The translations under genes were made by a program, and so were the position numbers. The notes below the pieces were generated by a model, which saw only the letters and a program-made list of their open reading frames with translations, was not told where the DNA came from and did not search any database. From Octopus bimaculoides (Eukaryota), in assembly GCF_001194135.2 (NCBI RefSeq), contig NC_068988.1, positions 33,063,749-33,127,748 of the forward strand: 64,000 bases of DNA, given 5' to 3'. Of the stretch, positions 12,841 through 25,834 are shown in pieces (position 1 is the stretch's first letter; each line of letters opens with the position of its first letter).

Positions 12841-14553
12841 CATAAAAAAAACCCCAAGGACTAACCACTATAGCGAGCTAAATCAAAAGTTGTTCCTTTA
12901 GAATTTTCATTGACGATTTTTCGCAATTTTCATAGGACTTCAAATGTTGTACATACCCAGGCTTGCAAAGAAGTACACAGCCGAAACTTTTATACATCAA
13001 ACATTATATACTGTCATTGAGCTTTTCATGACAATGCCACATAAAGCCACTCTCTTCAAACATTTTACAACTTTCCATTATACGCTTCCTTTACTTAGCC
13101 TTTTTCCAAAGATTGTTCTTCCCATTTCTTTACATGCTTCTACATTTCTTTCAGGATGCCTTTCATAAAGTGATTTTACTTTTCCCCAGTAATTTATATA
13201 TATTAACCCATATGTCAGTGGAATCAGTTTAAGCTGTATAGGCCGGAGTTCCCGCAATGCTGAAACCGCCTCAATCTGCCGATATTTACAGTAATTAAGG
13301 AGAATTGAGCTAACATAATCTAAGCTCTAAAGTTCAGTCCTTAGAAGTGCAGCAATTCCAGAATCTCACATTCCGATTTATATTTAGTTACTACAACTTA
13401 AAACGTCATTGAACAAAATAAACACTTGAGCGATTCAAATAGAATTTTCATTTGTGCTATTATTGTAGCACAAAGGAAAACCTCGCGTTTATATACGTCA
13501 GCCTAAATTTACTGATGACATTTCAATGTGGTATCTGTTATCATCTCTCTCTTTTAGTCATCAAACTGTTGGTATATCGGCTTGAATAGATAGACAACAT
13601 TAGTTATTTCGTTGAAAATTAGTACTTAGTATATCATCACTTTTGCCAAACCGTTATCTACGGGAGTGTTAACAAAGCAGCAACAGTTGTCCAGTGGTTG
13701 TGGGAGACAATCACAGACAGAAGGACACGCACACACACGCACACCTATATATATATATATATATATATATANNNNNNNNNNNNNNNNNNNNNNNNNNNNN
13801 NNNNNNNNNNNNNNNNNNNNNNNNNNNNNNNNNNNNNNNNNNNNNNNNNNNNNNNNNNNNNNNNNNNNNNNNNNNNNNNNNNNNNNNNNNNNNNNNNNNN
13901 NNNNNNNNNNNNNNNNNNNNNNNNNNNNNNNNNNNNNNNNNNNNNNNNNNNNNNNNNNNNNNNNNNNNNNNNNNNNNNNNNNNNNNNNNNNNNNNNNNNN
14001 NNNNNNNNNNNNNNNNNNNNNNNNNNNNNNNNNNNNNNNNNNNNNNNNNNNNNNNNNNNNNNNNNNNNNNNNNNNNNNNNNNNNNNNNNNNNNNNNNNNN
14101 NNNNNNNNNNNNNNNNNNNNNNNNNNNNNNNNNNNNNNNNNNNNNNNNNNNNNNNNNNNNNNNNNNNNNNNNNNNNNNNNNNNNNNNNNNNNNNNNNNNN
14201 NNNNNNNNNNNNNNNNNNNNNNNNNNNNNNNNNNNNNNNNNNNNNNNNNNNNNNNNNNNNNNNNNNNNNNNNNNNNNNNNNNNNNNNNNNNNNNNNNNNN
14301 NNNNNNNNNNNNNNNNNNNNNNNNNNNNNNNNNNNNNNNNNNNNNNNNNNNNNNNNNNNNNNNNNNNNNNNNNNNNNNNNNNNNNNNNNNNNNNNNNNNN
14401 NNNNNNNNNNNNNNNNNNNNNNNNNNNNNNNNNNNNNNNNNNNNNNNNNNNNNNNNNNNNNNNNNNNNNNNNNNNNNNNNNNNNNNNNNNNNNNNNNNNN
14501 NNNNNNNNNNNNNNNNNNNNNNNNNNNNNNNNNNNNNNGTGTGTGTGTGTGTG

Positions 14554-14604
<51 letters not shown>

Positions 14605-14702
14605 ATATGGATGGATGGATGGATGGATGGATGGATAGAAGGTTCAATGGATGGATAGATAGATGCAGCTCTGTTGGTATGTATGCATCTACATATATAT
14701 AT

Positions 14703-14744
<42 letters not shown>

Positions 14745-16875
14745 ACACTTATTAAACTTTAAGGACACATTGAAGTGTTTACCCGCCAGAAATAAGAGAT
14801 AAAACCCTCATTTAGACCACCAGATATTCCACTTATCGTAACATATACAATAGTATACGATGAGGTGAACTGAAACAGATCTCTCGCATACCATTATACC
14901 ATAAAGCTATATATTTAATGGAACTGGCGTATATATGTAGGCCGGTTCCTGGCTTGACACAAAATTCTTACCTTCCTCAGCAAATCTTAACCCTTAGAAA
15001 CATCATTCCAGTCCGCCATATTGAAATCTGCTGGCGTCCTTAATTGATTGGCGCTAAAGTGTGGCCAGCCTCAGTGTGAAAAGTACTAACCATCAACCAA
15101 AATATGTAAAATTGAATATATATATATATATTCTTGTTAGTTTTCATGCTTACCATTCCTTGTTTTGTTTACCGCAGCGTTCTTCCTAAGAAATGTAATC
15201 TTGTGCGAACACACACGTCGGCACCCACCACACAAATAGTTAAATATAGGCTACAAATTTTATTGCTGCCAGAGTATCGTGTCTCTATGAATTATAGTTG
15301 CAGGAAATGAAATGTTTATTTTAGGCTGGGCAAACTATCATGTCGCAGTAGGGAGAGCTAATGCAAAATGCCCTCCTATTATGATACATGGAAATTTGTG
15401 CATATCTTATAAAAGTCTGGATGGTGGTGTGTCAGCAATGAGTAATGCTCAAAATATACTCATTCTTGTATATGACTACTTCATGTTTGTTTGCGAGGAG
15501 GTCCAATACCATTATATATATATTCATATCGATCAGAATGACCTAACATATACATCATAGGAATGAATACAATAGGGGAAAATGCTGAATGATATTTTGC
15601 TTTTAATGTATTTTTTAAAAGAACGGATGCTATCTGCCGCGTCTCCTCGGAAAATACGGATAGCTTCTTACGGAAACTTTAATCGTATGACGTGGCCGTT
15701 TTATAAAAAAAATAAACACTCACGCAGTTAGACAGTCGCACAAATTGACACAATTGTATAATGTTGAGCGTATATGTGTCTGTCTGTCCGTGTATGTATA
15801 TATGCATGTATGTATATATGCATGTATGTATGTAATTATGTGTGTTTGTAAGTAAATATGTACGTATGTATGTAAAACCTTATATTTAGTTACTGTTTTC
15901 AGGTGAGACGACTTCCAGTATTTTTGAAATTTAAATTCGAGTGTGGCCGAACATAAATTCGTCTTTTATCTTTCAGTAACGGATATATTTAAGTACAACT
16001 CAAATACAAAATATTTTGAATAATGTAAACACACTCCAAAACTAGTGTTACGAATAATCATTACATCTTAGTTACGGGCTTATAATAAAAATGCTTTATT
16101 GGTATTAATTAGTAGTAGCGAATTTGCTCAAAACTCTAGTAATTTCACATCAGAGCGTGAAATACATGTAAAATATACCCGCTAAAATACTGCCATTTGT
16201 TAGCCTTTTGTGAGATGGTTAACTTCACACCTTATTTTAACTCCGATAATTATCCGCAATCTGAAATGATGCAGGCAAAATCGAATTTTGTGATATTGAA
16301 ACTAAGATCACACGAGACAGAAATAAATTGTATGATATGGTAAAGCCATTGCCAAGTTGGTTTCTATTTTAAGAGTACCCAATTACCAGATAGTGATGTG
16401 AAGCTGGTTATTTTTCTTACGCAATGTATTCACTGCAATATCTCACACAACGTAAGGGTCATAACCACCGTAAACGAATTACAACATAAGATATTTCACC
16501 GAATTGATTAATTTATTACCAATACTTTGATTTGCCGCCTCAACGTGACCCTAAGAAGGTACATTATTTTGTGAATAAAATAAATGGGGTGTAATATATC
16601 ACATGATATCTCATCTCAATGGTCTGTTGGAGTCTGCTTGTTGGTCCCGAAGTATGCACAGCCAAGGCGAATCAGGAAGAAATTATCTCATGATATTCGA
16701 AATAACACAATTAAGTATCACTCGTACTTTCAGTGGGTATGATTCTGAAACAAACAAATTCAAAAGAACCGAGAGTATATAAGGTTAATTTATTGGAAAT
16801 GTAGATGTTAACGCTTTCTTTCTTCATTTTGGATGAAATGAGTTGCGTTGGTGTACAAATGTATATTGGAATGGC

Positions 16876-17094
16876 AAGGCAGCGAGCTGGCAGAAATGTT
16901 AGCACGCCGGGCGAAACGCTTAGAAGTCTTTCGTCTGTCTTTACGTTCTGAGTTCAAATTCTGCCGAGGTCGACTTTGCCTTTCATTCTTTCGGGGACGA
17001 TAAGTTAATTACCAGATGCGTAGTGGGGTCAATCTAATTGAGTGGGTCCCTCTTCCAAAATGTTGAGCCTTGTACCTAGAGCAGAAAAGAATAT
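16876..17094 (+). mobile_element. tRNA-derived SINE, near full length
   Basis: A-box-like GAGCTGGCAGAA and B-box GAGTTCAAATTC (16950-16961), followed by the GAGGTCGACTTTGCCTTTCAT core also present inverted at about 20070-20100. Confidence 0.8.
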
Positions 17095-18285
17095 AGATTG
17101 GAATGGTATTACGTATCTACTTGCGAATGACTTCAGCATTTCCAAAACATATTCAGCCACTCGTCTTGCCTGGAATGCATAATATAGTATGTAGTGAAGC
17201 ACCTATTACTGCACAATTACCAATGCATATTCCAGATTGTTTTTTTAATGACTAGGTTACATTATTTAACAGATGGTAAAATTTATTCAAGCCGTCTATT
17301 TCTATGTTTTATCTGCATAATTATTAAACAGTTAAAGATAAAAAATTTCGTATCACACTAATTGCCCATTTGTAGTTCATTCCAAGGAATTACCTTTGTT
17401 TATTTGTTCTGTGTATCTTCAGAGTTCTGCATACAATACAACTTGGTGTTATAGCGCATATAAAATTCTAAGCTATAGCATTATTCTTTAGCAAAAGAGT
17501 ATAGACGTGAGTTTCATTCTAAATGAATATCAATCAGATATGCTCAATAAACAACACGTTTTGTTGAACTCTATTACTAAAGAATTTCTTTAATACTCTT
17601 GTCAGCTATAGTTTAAGGTGAAACATGATGATTTAAGATAATACACAGACAGTATAACGCAAAAAGATAATCAAATAATGTTCCTACATACATCGAATGA
17701 AATTTATCTTAATGCTTTTGAATCATATAATATTATACATATTTTAATTTTGAAATTTTTTTAATTAGAATTATTATCTAAGAGCAATAAAAACTATGGA
17801 TAATTCCTTTTTGTTTCTATTGAGTGTTTTTAAATATCTAAAATCAGTTATTGCTGACTGAAACGTGACATCGTTACGTTATTAGTCAAAACAAATGCTA
17901 ATATAATATTCGTGAAACGTGGAAACTAAAAAAAATATCGTGATTATAATTCAATACAAATATTTACACATCTATTGATTTTAGCATTTATGAATTCCAT
18001 CTGCAATTATCAGCGCAGACAACAAAAGATTTTGGGCTTTAATTATTCAATTAATTATTCAAGTTGATGTTTTTCTACGTTTTAAAGACCCTGTGAATTA
18101 CCAAATTACTATCGAAACAAAGGTAACGATGCCTCATGTTTTCTACTAAAATAATCATCATCAAATATCGAACTACATTGTATTATTCGTCCTTTTCGTT
18201 AGATCATCAAGCATTTTACCACCTAAACAAAAGGTTTAAAATTATGAAATTGAAATAATAACCATCGTAAACAATCTGAAATCAA

Positions 18286-18324
<39 letters not shown>

Positions 18325-18504
18325 GCTTAGAGCTGCGGCCATGCTGATAATTAAAATTAAAGCGAAAATTAAGTGCCTGGTGATCGTAAAAGATACATCC
18401 CTTGCTCGACAATTTTTCACTTACTGAATATAGAATACATTTAGTACCCAATTTTCTAATTTCCAAAACGTAACAAAAAAGAACAAAACATGTCCGAATA
18501 TATA

Positions 18505-18690
18505 CGAGTGGGTACTAAAAAGTTCCTGACTTTGGGTAAAAGAAAATAAAGGAATCTCTTAACGCATTCTCCTCTCAGCTTCACACACATTGTAACGGCC
18601 CTCTTTTTTCGTAACCCCGGTAAAAGAACTCGTAAGTTTAGACCATTCACGATACCTTTAGAGCCAGGAAATTTTCAGCACCCCATCGTG
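18505..18690. mobile_element. Mariner-type MITE
   Basis: Imperfect TIRs of about 27 bp (CGAGTGGGTACTAAAAAGTTCCTGACT versus reverse complement CACGATGGGGTGCTGAAAATTTCCTGGCT), both flanked by TA; no coding interior. Confidence 0.7.
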
Positions 18691-18856
18691 TATAATCTCG
18701 GCTCCTCTCTCTTTATATTTGCATATACTTAGGTCTCTCTCTCCCTGTCTCCAGTTCCCTCTCTCTTCCCTCTCTTTATCTCTCGAGTATACATATATGT
18801 GTGTGTGTGTCTCTCTCTCTATATAAATATATATATATATATACGCACACTATTTA

Positions 18857-19400
18857 CAACGTTTCATCAGGTGTCTTGGGGAAATTTCGAATCTAGGTTC
18901 TCAAATTATTATTATTAATATTATTATTATTCAATGCCTGGAATCGAACTCGGAATCTTGGGCTCAGTAGCCTGCGCTTTTAACCACTACTCCATATACC
19001 CGTGGGCAATTGTGGAGTGAATTTTAGGGCTTATAAATCTAATATGCTCATGGTGTAGTGGTTAAGATTGCGGGCTACTAACCCCAAGATTCCGAGTTCG
19101 ATTCCAGGCAGTTACTTGAATAATAATAATGATGATAATGTTAATAATAATAAGAAGAAGAAGAAAAAGAAGAAGAAGAAGAAGAAGAAGAAAAACAACA
19201 ACAACAACAACAACAACCACAAGAACAACAACAACAACAATTACCTTAAGAAAAATACCTTCAGAATGAGAACCCACGTTTGAAATTTCCCCAAGACACC
19301 TGATGAAGGCTAGAGGGTATATCAGCCGAAACGTTGTGTTGACAACAAACAAGGTGAGGACAAATATCCATCAAATGTAAATAATGTACATAATTCCTCA
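18857..19400. mobile_element. Head-to-head pair of tRNA-headed, hammerhead-tailed non-autonomous retroelement copies
   Basis: Inverted arms 18857-18994 and 19050-19306; each has an A/B-box head, an (AAT)n tract and GAAATTTCCCCAAGACACCTGATGA; 55-bp spacer between the heads. Confidence 0.8.
19295..19340 (+). ncRNA. Type I hammerhead ribozyme motif with minimal helix III
   Basis: GACAC-CTGATGA(19300-19306)-A-GGCT...AGCC-GAAAC-GTT-GTGTT: helix I, helix II and the palindromic AACGTT are all present. Confidence 0.75.
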
Positions 19401-19908
19401 TCTTTTAAATATAGAACTGGAATAAAGATATATATTCACGCACACGCGCATGCACGCATTCAACAAACACACACCTGCACGCACATACACACATGTACAC
19501 ACACGCATACAAATATATATTTGTGAGCTTTGATTTGTAAATTGTAACTGTGGAATAGATAGTTCAAATTTACAGAAAAATAAAAGACGAAGACAGATGC
19601 ATGAACAACAAGCAGGTATATTAGTTTGACTCTCGGGAAAGCAGACAGTTGTTTAGTTAATATACTGTGGTACAGTGAAGTGTGCGAAAAAGAAATACCG
19701 ACGGAGAGCAAATGAAATTTTCTGAAAATTGGAGAAGAACAGATGAGGTCTAAGAAGAGAGGAAGATTCTTTTAAAATTCGAATCGATAATTCCGTTGAT
19801 CTTTCAAACGCGTATTTACTGCTTGCGTATGCGTTTGTGAGTGGTTATTTGTTTATATTTGTTTATATATAGGTTCAACATATATGTGTGCGTGTGTGTG
19901 TGTGTCGA

Positions 19909-19956
<48 letters not shown>

Positions 19957-19969
19957 ATCGATAAATTTG

Positions 19970-20110
19970 TATTCTTTTCTACTCTGGGCGCAAGGTCCGA
20001 AAATTTTTGGGAGGGAGCCAATCGATTAGATGGACCTCAGTACGTAACTGCTATTTAATTCATCGACTGCGAAAGGATGAAAGGCAAAGTCGACCTCTGC
20101 GGAATCGGTA
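19970..20110 (-). mobile_element. tRNA-derived SINE, 5'-truncated
   Basis: Reverse complement matches the core and tail of 16960-17094 (GATGAAAGGCAAAGTCGACCTC on the plus strand). Confidence 0.65.
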
Positions 20111-21203
20111 AATATGCATTGATCATCTAAGTTTTAGAGGAGTTTCATTGTAATAAATGGACAATGCGTGAGAAGATCACGCCCCTTTCGTTTCACTCAA
20201 ACATCCTATGAAAATATCGGATAAAATTGCTAGTCAAAGCGGAAAATTTTATTGGTTTTCATGCTAAGCAATATTTAATATTTAGTTTTCAATAATTGTA
20301 ACCTATCAGATATTACCTGAAGTTACACAACAACAAATAACTCCTTGATGAATGATTAATAATGTCTGAAGTACGAGTGCATATCCTAATTATATTTGGC
20401 TCTATTTTAATTTTATCATATGATGGAAAGTGGAAGATTTAAAGTTATTTCAGGGCATTGGAGTTAATGTAATTAACTCAAGACATCGTGTGTTATTAGA
20501 GAGAGAAGCATTTCATTTATGGGAATAGATGCCTTGAAAAATGTACATTAGTCTGAGAAAATTCGGGAGTAATGCTCGAAGTGCATTTGCAACGTGAGCT
20601 TTTTGTGCCTGACCGATGAGCAAAGCTGTTGCTATTTTCTTTGAAATTTTACTCCTTGGTTTACTGAATGAGATGCAGGGAAATTAAATGTAGATATAAT
20701 GAATTACTGACGCACATGGTTCCATTTCAAAGAAAACTAAACCTGTGATTTATTGAGAAACCCGATCTCTATTATCAGAGTAAAGCATGTATTGGAACAA
20801 ATTCCTCCAAATAGCTTAATTAAAGTCATAAACTATAGCTTGTGCTATGTATTGGATTGCATGTTTCGTATTCGGGTAGCATATTTTAATATGATTTGCA
20901 ATGGTTTGTACGTGTTATACTAAAGATGTTCAGTGACATCTTTAATAGGAACCTCATTGGAAAATTGCTATAGTCGTGTACATGTATATGTACACCCTGA
21001 TATCGTAGACTCAACTAAAGTAAAATGCTACACGTATAGCTTGATGCATAAAACTTAAAAATTGCTTCTCAATAGATTTCCCATTCAAACATCGACTGAC
21101 TTGAGTTCAAGTGGAAAATTGATTGCACGCTGCGCTATAGATTTCAATGTTTAAAAATGATATAACTTTAGAAATTATGTATGTATGCATGCATATATGC
21201 ACT

Positions 21204-21330
21204 TAGGTAGGTAGGTAGATAGGTAGATAGGTAGGTAGGTAGGGAAGGAGGGAGTTGGGGAGGTAGGTAGGTAGGTAGGTAGGTAGGTAGGTAGGTAGGT
21301 AGGTAGGTAGGTAGGTAGGTAGGTAGGTAG
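21204..21330. repeat. (TAGG)n tetranucleotide microsatellite
   Basis: Seen directly, with a short GGA/GGG interruption. Confidence 0.95.
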
Positions 21331-21469
21331 AAAGTATGTTTAGATATATGTACATATGAATGCGTATTTTATATGTATATATACAATCATATATGGAGAG
21401 TGTGCGGACTACATTTGACAATATCTTATATTTCTTTTTTTAGGAACAGCTTGGTTGTATTGCTGAACA

Positions 21470-22180
21470 TCCAACGGCGATGGAACGTATACAAATTGAA
21501 GTTGTAGTTGAGAAAAAGTTAAATTACATGGAAGGTTAGAAGCCATCTGAATATTGGAAAACAGTTACGTGTATCATGATTATCCGTGCTGGGTTTCCAA
21601 AGGCTGATATCATGACTGCTGCTCAATGCTCTGTGAATGTTACAAAGACTGCAAGATGTGATATGGACAGTTTCAACGGAAACTACGAAGCTGTGGCCTG
21701 CAGGAAGTGTCGCAGCAGGAATTGTGACTGTGTTCACTCACTGTAGTTATCCGATGACTGTTCAATGGTGATACTAGCTCATTTCAGACAGATCTGTAAA
21801 GCCGCTGGAGACTGTGACCAAGCCCTAGCTGGAGTGGGTTGCTGTTGGAAGCAGTCTTTGAAGAAGCAAGATTTAGATCTATCCCATATTTTCAGAAAGA
21901 GACAGAATTTGTCGGAGAATTTCTAGAACTACACTTGCCTAAATGTCTGACCTCCTTATTCTCACGATTGTGTTCCTGTCGATCACAATGTGAATTGTTA
22001 TTCAGAATGACATCAAGCAGTCTGACTGCAACACAACGGCCGATCCGCCGGCCATACTCAAGGAGGTATTCGAAAGTTTTACCATGGACAGGGTGAGGAA
22101 AGCATGATCCAAATTCCGGGGCCGTTTCTAAACCGTAGTGGAAACTCAGAGCGGCTACTTTCGATAAACACTCCTTGTCC
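21470..22180 (+). mobile_element. Internally deleted maT/DD37D-like transposon
   Basis: 5' frame KPSEYWK..CIMIIRAGFPKADIMTAAQCSVN; 3' frames VKPLETVTKP*LEWVAVG, LSENF*NYTCLNV*PPYSHDCVPVDHNV and ETQSGYFR*; the middle of the ORF is missing. Confidence 0.75.
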
Positions 22181-22474
22181 ACCCATAATCTAATTAATTG
22201 TTTTTATATTTAAAAGATAAATTTTTCAGATGAGATATTCTGTTTACATAAGTCGACAGTTTTAATTTTTAATGTTCTCTCTCATTTATATATTCTATCC
22301 TACCTTGAACTCGTTCTCTTATCTGTTGCAAATACTCACTGTAGTCTCTTTGATTCACATTTTCCCTTCTACGCGTCTGTTCTATGCTCGTTTTCCTTAG
22401 ATGCAAATTGTCAAATTTAACCCGAAACATGTATGAATGCGTGTGTGAGTATGATTTTATGACATTAATTCTTA

Positions 22475-22870
22475 CTAGTCGTACCCGTGGAAATTTCATG
22501 GTAAATACGAAATTTTGATATGGCTGGAATTTTATATAAAGCCATAAATATTAGTGCCTTTTTTGAATGTGTATATTCTATGTCATTTTCATTTATAAAA
22601 TCATATACGTCCTTCTGGATAAGACTTTAATAGAAGGAACATGTCTTTCCCATTCTATCAGCAATTGTAGAGTCTTATCTAGGATCATCAACATGACTAC
22701 AGAGAATATTCATGTTTTAACATGAATATTTTAATGTTCTTTATCATTTTGATTTCCTATCCTATCTTGAACTTGTCCTCTTATGTTTTGTTGTAAATAC
22801 TCACTGTAATCTCTTTAATTCCCATTTTCCCTTCTACGCAGCTGTTCTGTGCTTGTTCTAGCCATTCGAC
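22475..22870 (-). mobile_element. Non-autonomous Helitron-like element with a recognisable 3' end
   Basis: Minus strand ends CCATGAAATTTCCACGG (hairpin)-GTACGA-CTAG followed by T; interior frames read EQLRRRENGN*RDYSEYLQQ and RMGKTCSFY. The 5' end was not located. Confidence 0.55.
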
Positions 22871-25834
22871 CCTCTTCTCATATTTACGTCGTTGACTATA
22901 TAGTCATATAGTCTAATTGTTTCTCCTGCTAGCTTACATCACCTGATATCTATATTTTATAAACAAATATCAGTTTTCTGGTGAGCAGACGATAAATATT
23001 TGCAATTATACGCATGCGGCAAGTGACTGGCGATATAAAATGTTAGTACCTCCCAGAAATACTACACTTTTCATTGTTCATTCATCATAACCGCTACCAC
23101 CATCATCATCATCATCACGACGACCACCAACAATATCTCCACCACCATCACCTCAACTACCACACTGCCAGCAACAACAACTACAAAAAAACCTAAAGCA
23201 ACAGCAACAACTATTACTACCACAGCAACAACAACATCAGTAAATGTTTCATTAATACAGCTCAATCTAAGATGTTTACCAACAAAGAACATTTTCATTT
23301 GCTTTCTGTTGATTTGTTTGTTTATTTCTATTTTTCTCACTGCCAATATAGCTATGTATTCCGATGTTACAGAGTTTTAATAACAAATAAAAAATAACCT
23401 TCACGGCTACTTTGCTAAATTATTTCACTTTCATTGAAAAATCAGCCCTTCTCCCTATGACATATAAGCTTTCATCTGTCCAGGCATTAATGAATAGTTC
23501 GGCAGGTAGAACGTATTAAAAATTCGATATCAAAATGTTATTTTCTTAGCAGTCACAATACTATATCATATGATGCTTAAATTTTCCCTCAGCTAAATAC
23601 TTAATAATTTGAAGTTTCTACCTGTATGTGTGTCACTCACTCTCTTTCTTTCTCTCTCTCTCTCTCTCTCTTTCGCTCTCTCTCTCTCTCTCTCTCTCTC
23701 NNNNNNNNNNNNNNNNNNNNNNNNNNNNNNNNNNNNNNNNNNNNNNNNNNNNNNNNNNNNNNNNNNNNNNNNNNNNNNNNNNNNNNNNNNNNNNNNNNNN
23801 NNNNNNNNNNNNNNNNNNNNNNNNNNNNNNNNNNNNNNNNNNNNNNNNNNNNNNNNNNNNNNNNNNNNNNNNNNNNNNNNNNNNNNNNNNNNNNNNNNNN
23901 NNNNNNNNNNNNNNNNNNNNNNNNNNNNNNNNNNNNNNNNNNNNNNNNNNNNNNNNNNNNNNNNNNNNNNNNNNNNNNNNNNNNNNNNNNNNNNNNNNNN
24001 NNNNNNNNNNNNNNNNNNNNNNNNNNNNNNNNNNNNNNNNNNNNNNNNNNNNNNNNNNNNNNNNNNNNNNNNNNNNNNNNNNNNNNNNNNNNNNNNNNNN
24101 NNNNNNNNNNNNNNNNNNNNNNNNNNNNNNNNNNNNNNNNNNNNNNNNNNNNNNNNNNNTATATATATATATATATATATATATATCTGACACAGAATAC
24201 ATCGTTCCTAGTGAAATGATAAACTATATACTAGAATATGTTTTAAGTTTCTTGTATCACCACATCTAAATAAGTATCAACATATGTTTGTGTGTGTGTG
24301 TGATTGCTAGTGTGTGTATGTTAATGTATGTGTGTTTGTGTGTGTATGTTTGTGCGTGTGTGTATGTGTGCGCGTAATATGTATACAATATATTATACTT
24401 GTATTGAAAATTTATGCCAGTATTTTTGACTCACTGTTCTAAATGTTCTTTTGGGTAGGACTTAAGAAAAAAATCGTAATGTTGTAATGTAAATTTATTT
24501 CATATAATACAATCAATAGAACATCTTTGATCCATTCGAAGACAATTACAGCTTTGTATTTCAATAACTCGACTCCTCATAATAATGTAATTTTAAATTC
24601 CATTTATTTTAAATTGAAGTGCCTGGGATGAATAAAAGTAACGTATTTATTTACATATATATGCATGATCGTCCAGGTGTCTGTTCATGTGAATATAAAA
24701 GCCAGTTTACCTGACTGTATCTGCGTTATGTAGGAGGTGATGTGAGTATAGATGTGCTTGTGTGTGTGGCTGTTTAAATAATTTGCGATATGTATAAGTG
24801 TAAACAGCGATGCAGTAATAACCATTTGATCGTGTTTGTAAGATCTAATCTTTGTATAGAAGAGCGATTAAATTGGCAACAGCATTCTAAGGGTATTTAT
24901 CTTCGCTTGAATGGCTGAAATTCAATTATTATATTTCTTGAGAAAATTCGATATTGGCGTATCAGAGGAATCGTGAATCAAACAAAATTTTCTTTCCTTT
25001 AAGCGCATTTCGTATGTATATTATAAAATTCTATATCATATATATGACGATGTGCCAAAATCGAATTGGCAAATTGAAAGTTTAACTGAATATATGTGCA
25101 TAATGCAGGTTATACCGTCATGGAAATTATAAAATTGCTTCGGCATATTCATGCGTATTTACCAAAATTCTCTTTTAGTAAATTCAATTCTATATATACA
25201 ATTGATAAAATCTAGTATTTCTAAAGATACCCCTGATAGGATTTTATGAAACGTTGTAAAATACGGGAGAGTTTTATTGCGAAAATTCTGAATGTTTAAA
25301 CTAATATACCAGGAAATTTGTGAAGCTATAACCTGACAAGGTGAAAGACTAAATGCTTCCGTATAACTCACAGAAGGAAAGAAGGAATGATTATTTTATA
25401 TACTACTGATCATTGTCATGAATCTCTTTTCATATTTGGGACATCTAAATAAATCTCTAATAAAGTAGTGAAATTTCAAAATAAAGTCTTTATCAATAGA
25501 CACTCATTTGTGCTAAATATGGTATTTTCGTATTAAAGGCAATCTTCCGGATGTGTTGTCGGCAGAGTATAGGAAGCATGTTTCTAATAGTTCTTTTCTT
25601 ACTGATTTGGAGATGAAGGCTGAAAAATAATAAGCTTATTTTGTACCAACCCGCATCCATTAAATACTCATGTACTCATGTTAAGTTTACATGTGTTGTG
25701 CAAGGCAAATGTCGGATGTATCCAGCATAGTTTTTATGCATGGTCTACCATTTCTTTTACATTATACAGACAGACAGACACACACACACAAACATACACA
25801 CACAGACACACGCATATATATATATATATATACA

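Noticed and set aside
14855-14895. ACGATGA-GGTGAACT-GAAAC-AGATC hammerhead-like spacing
   Set aside because: Core is mutated and helices I and II are too weak.
14987-15050. TTAACCCTT piggyBac-like terminus
   Set aside because: No matching inverted terminus was found.
15312-15560. 82-aa ORF with a possible acceptor (TTATTTTAG|GCTGGG)
   Set aside because: No recognisable homology and no good donor site.
19050-19110. Possible genuine tRNA gene
   Set aside because: No acceptor stem can be closed, and it is fused to microsatellite and pseudo-LTR sequence; treated as a SINE head.
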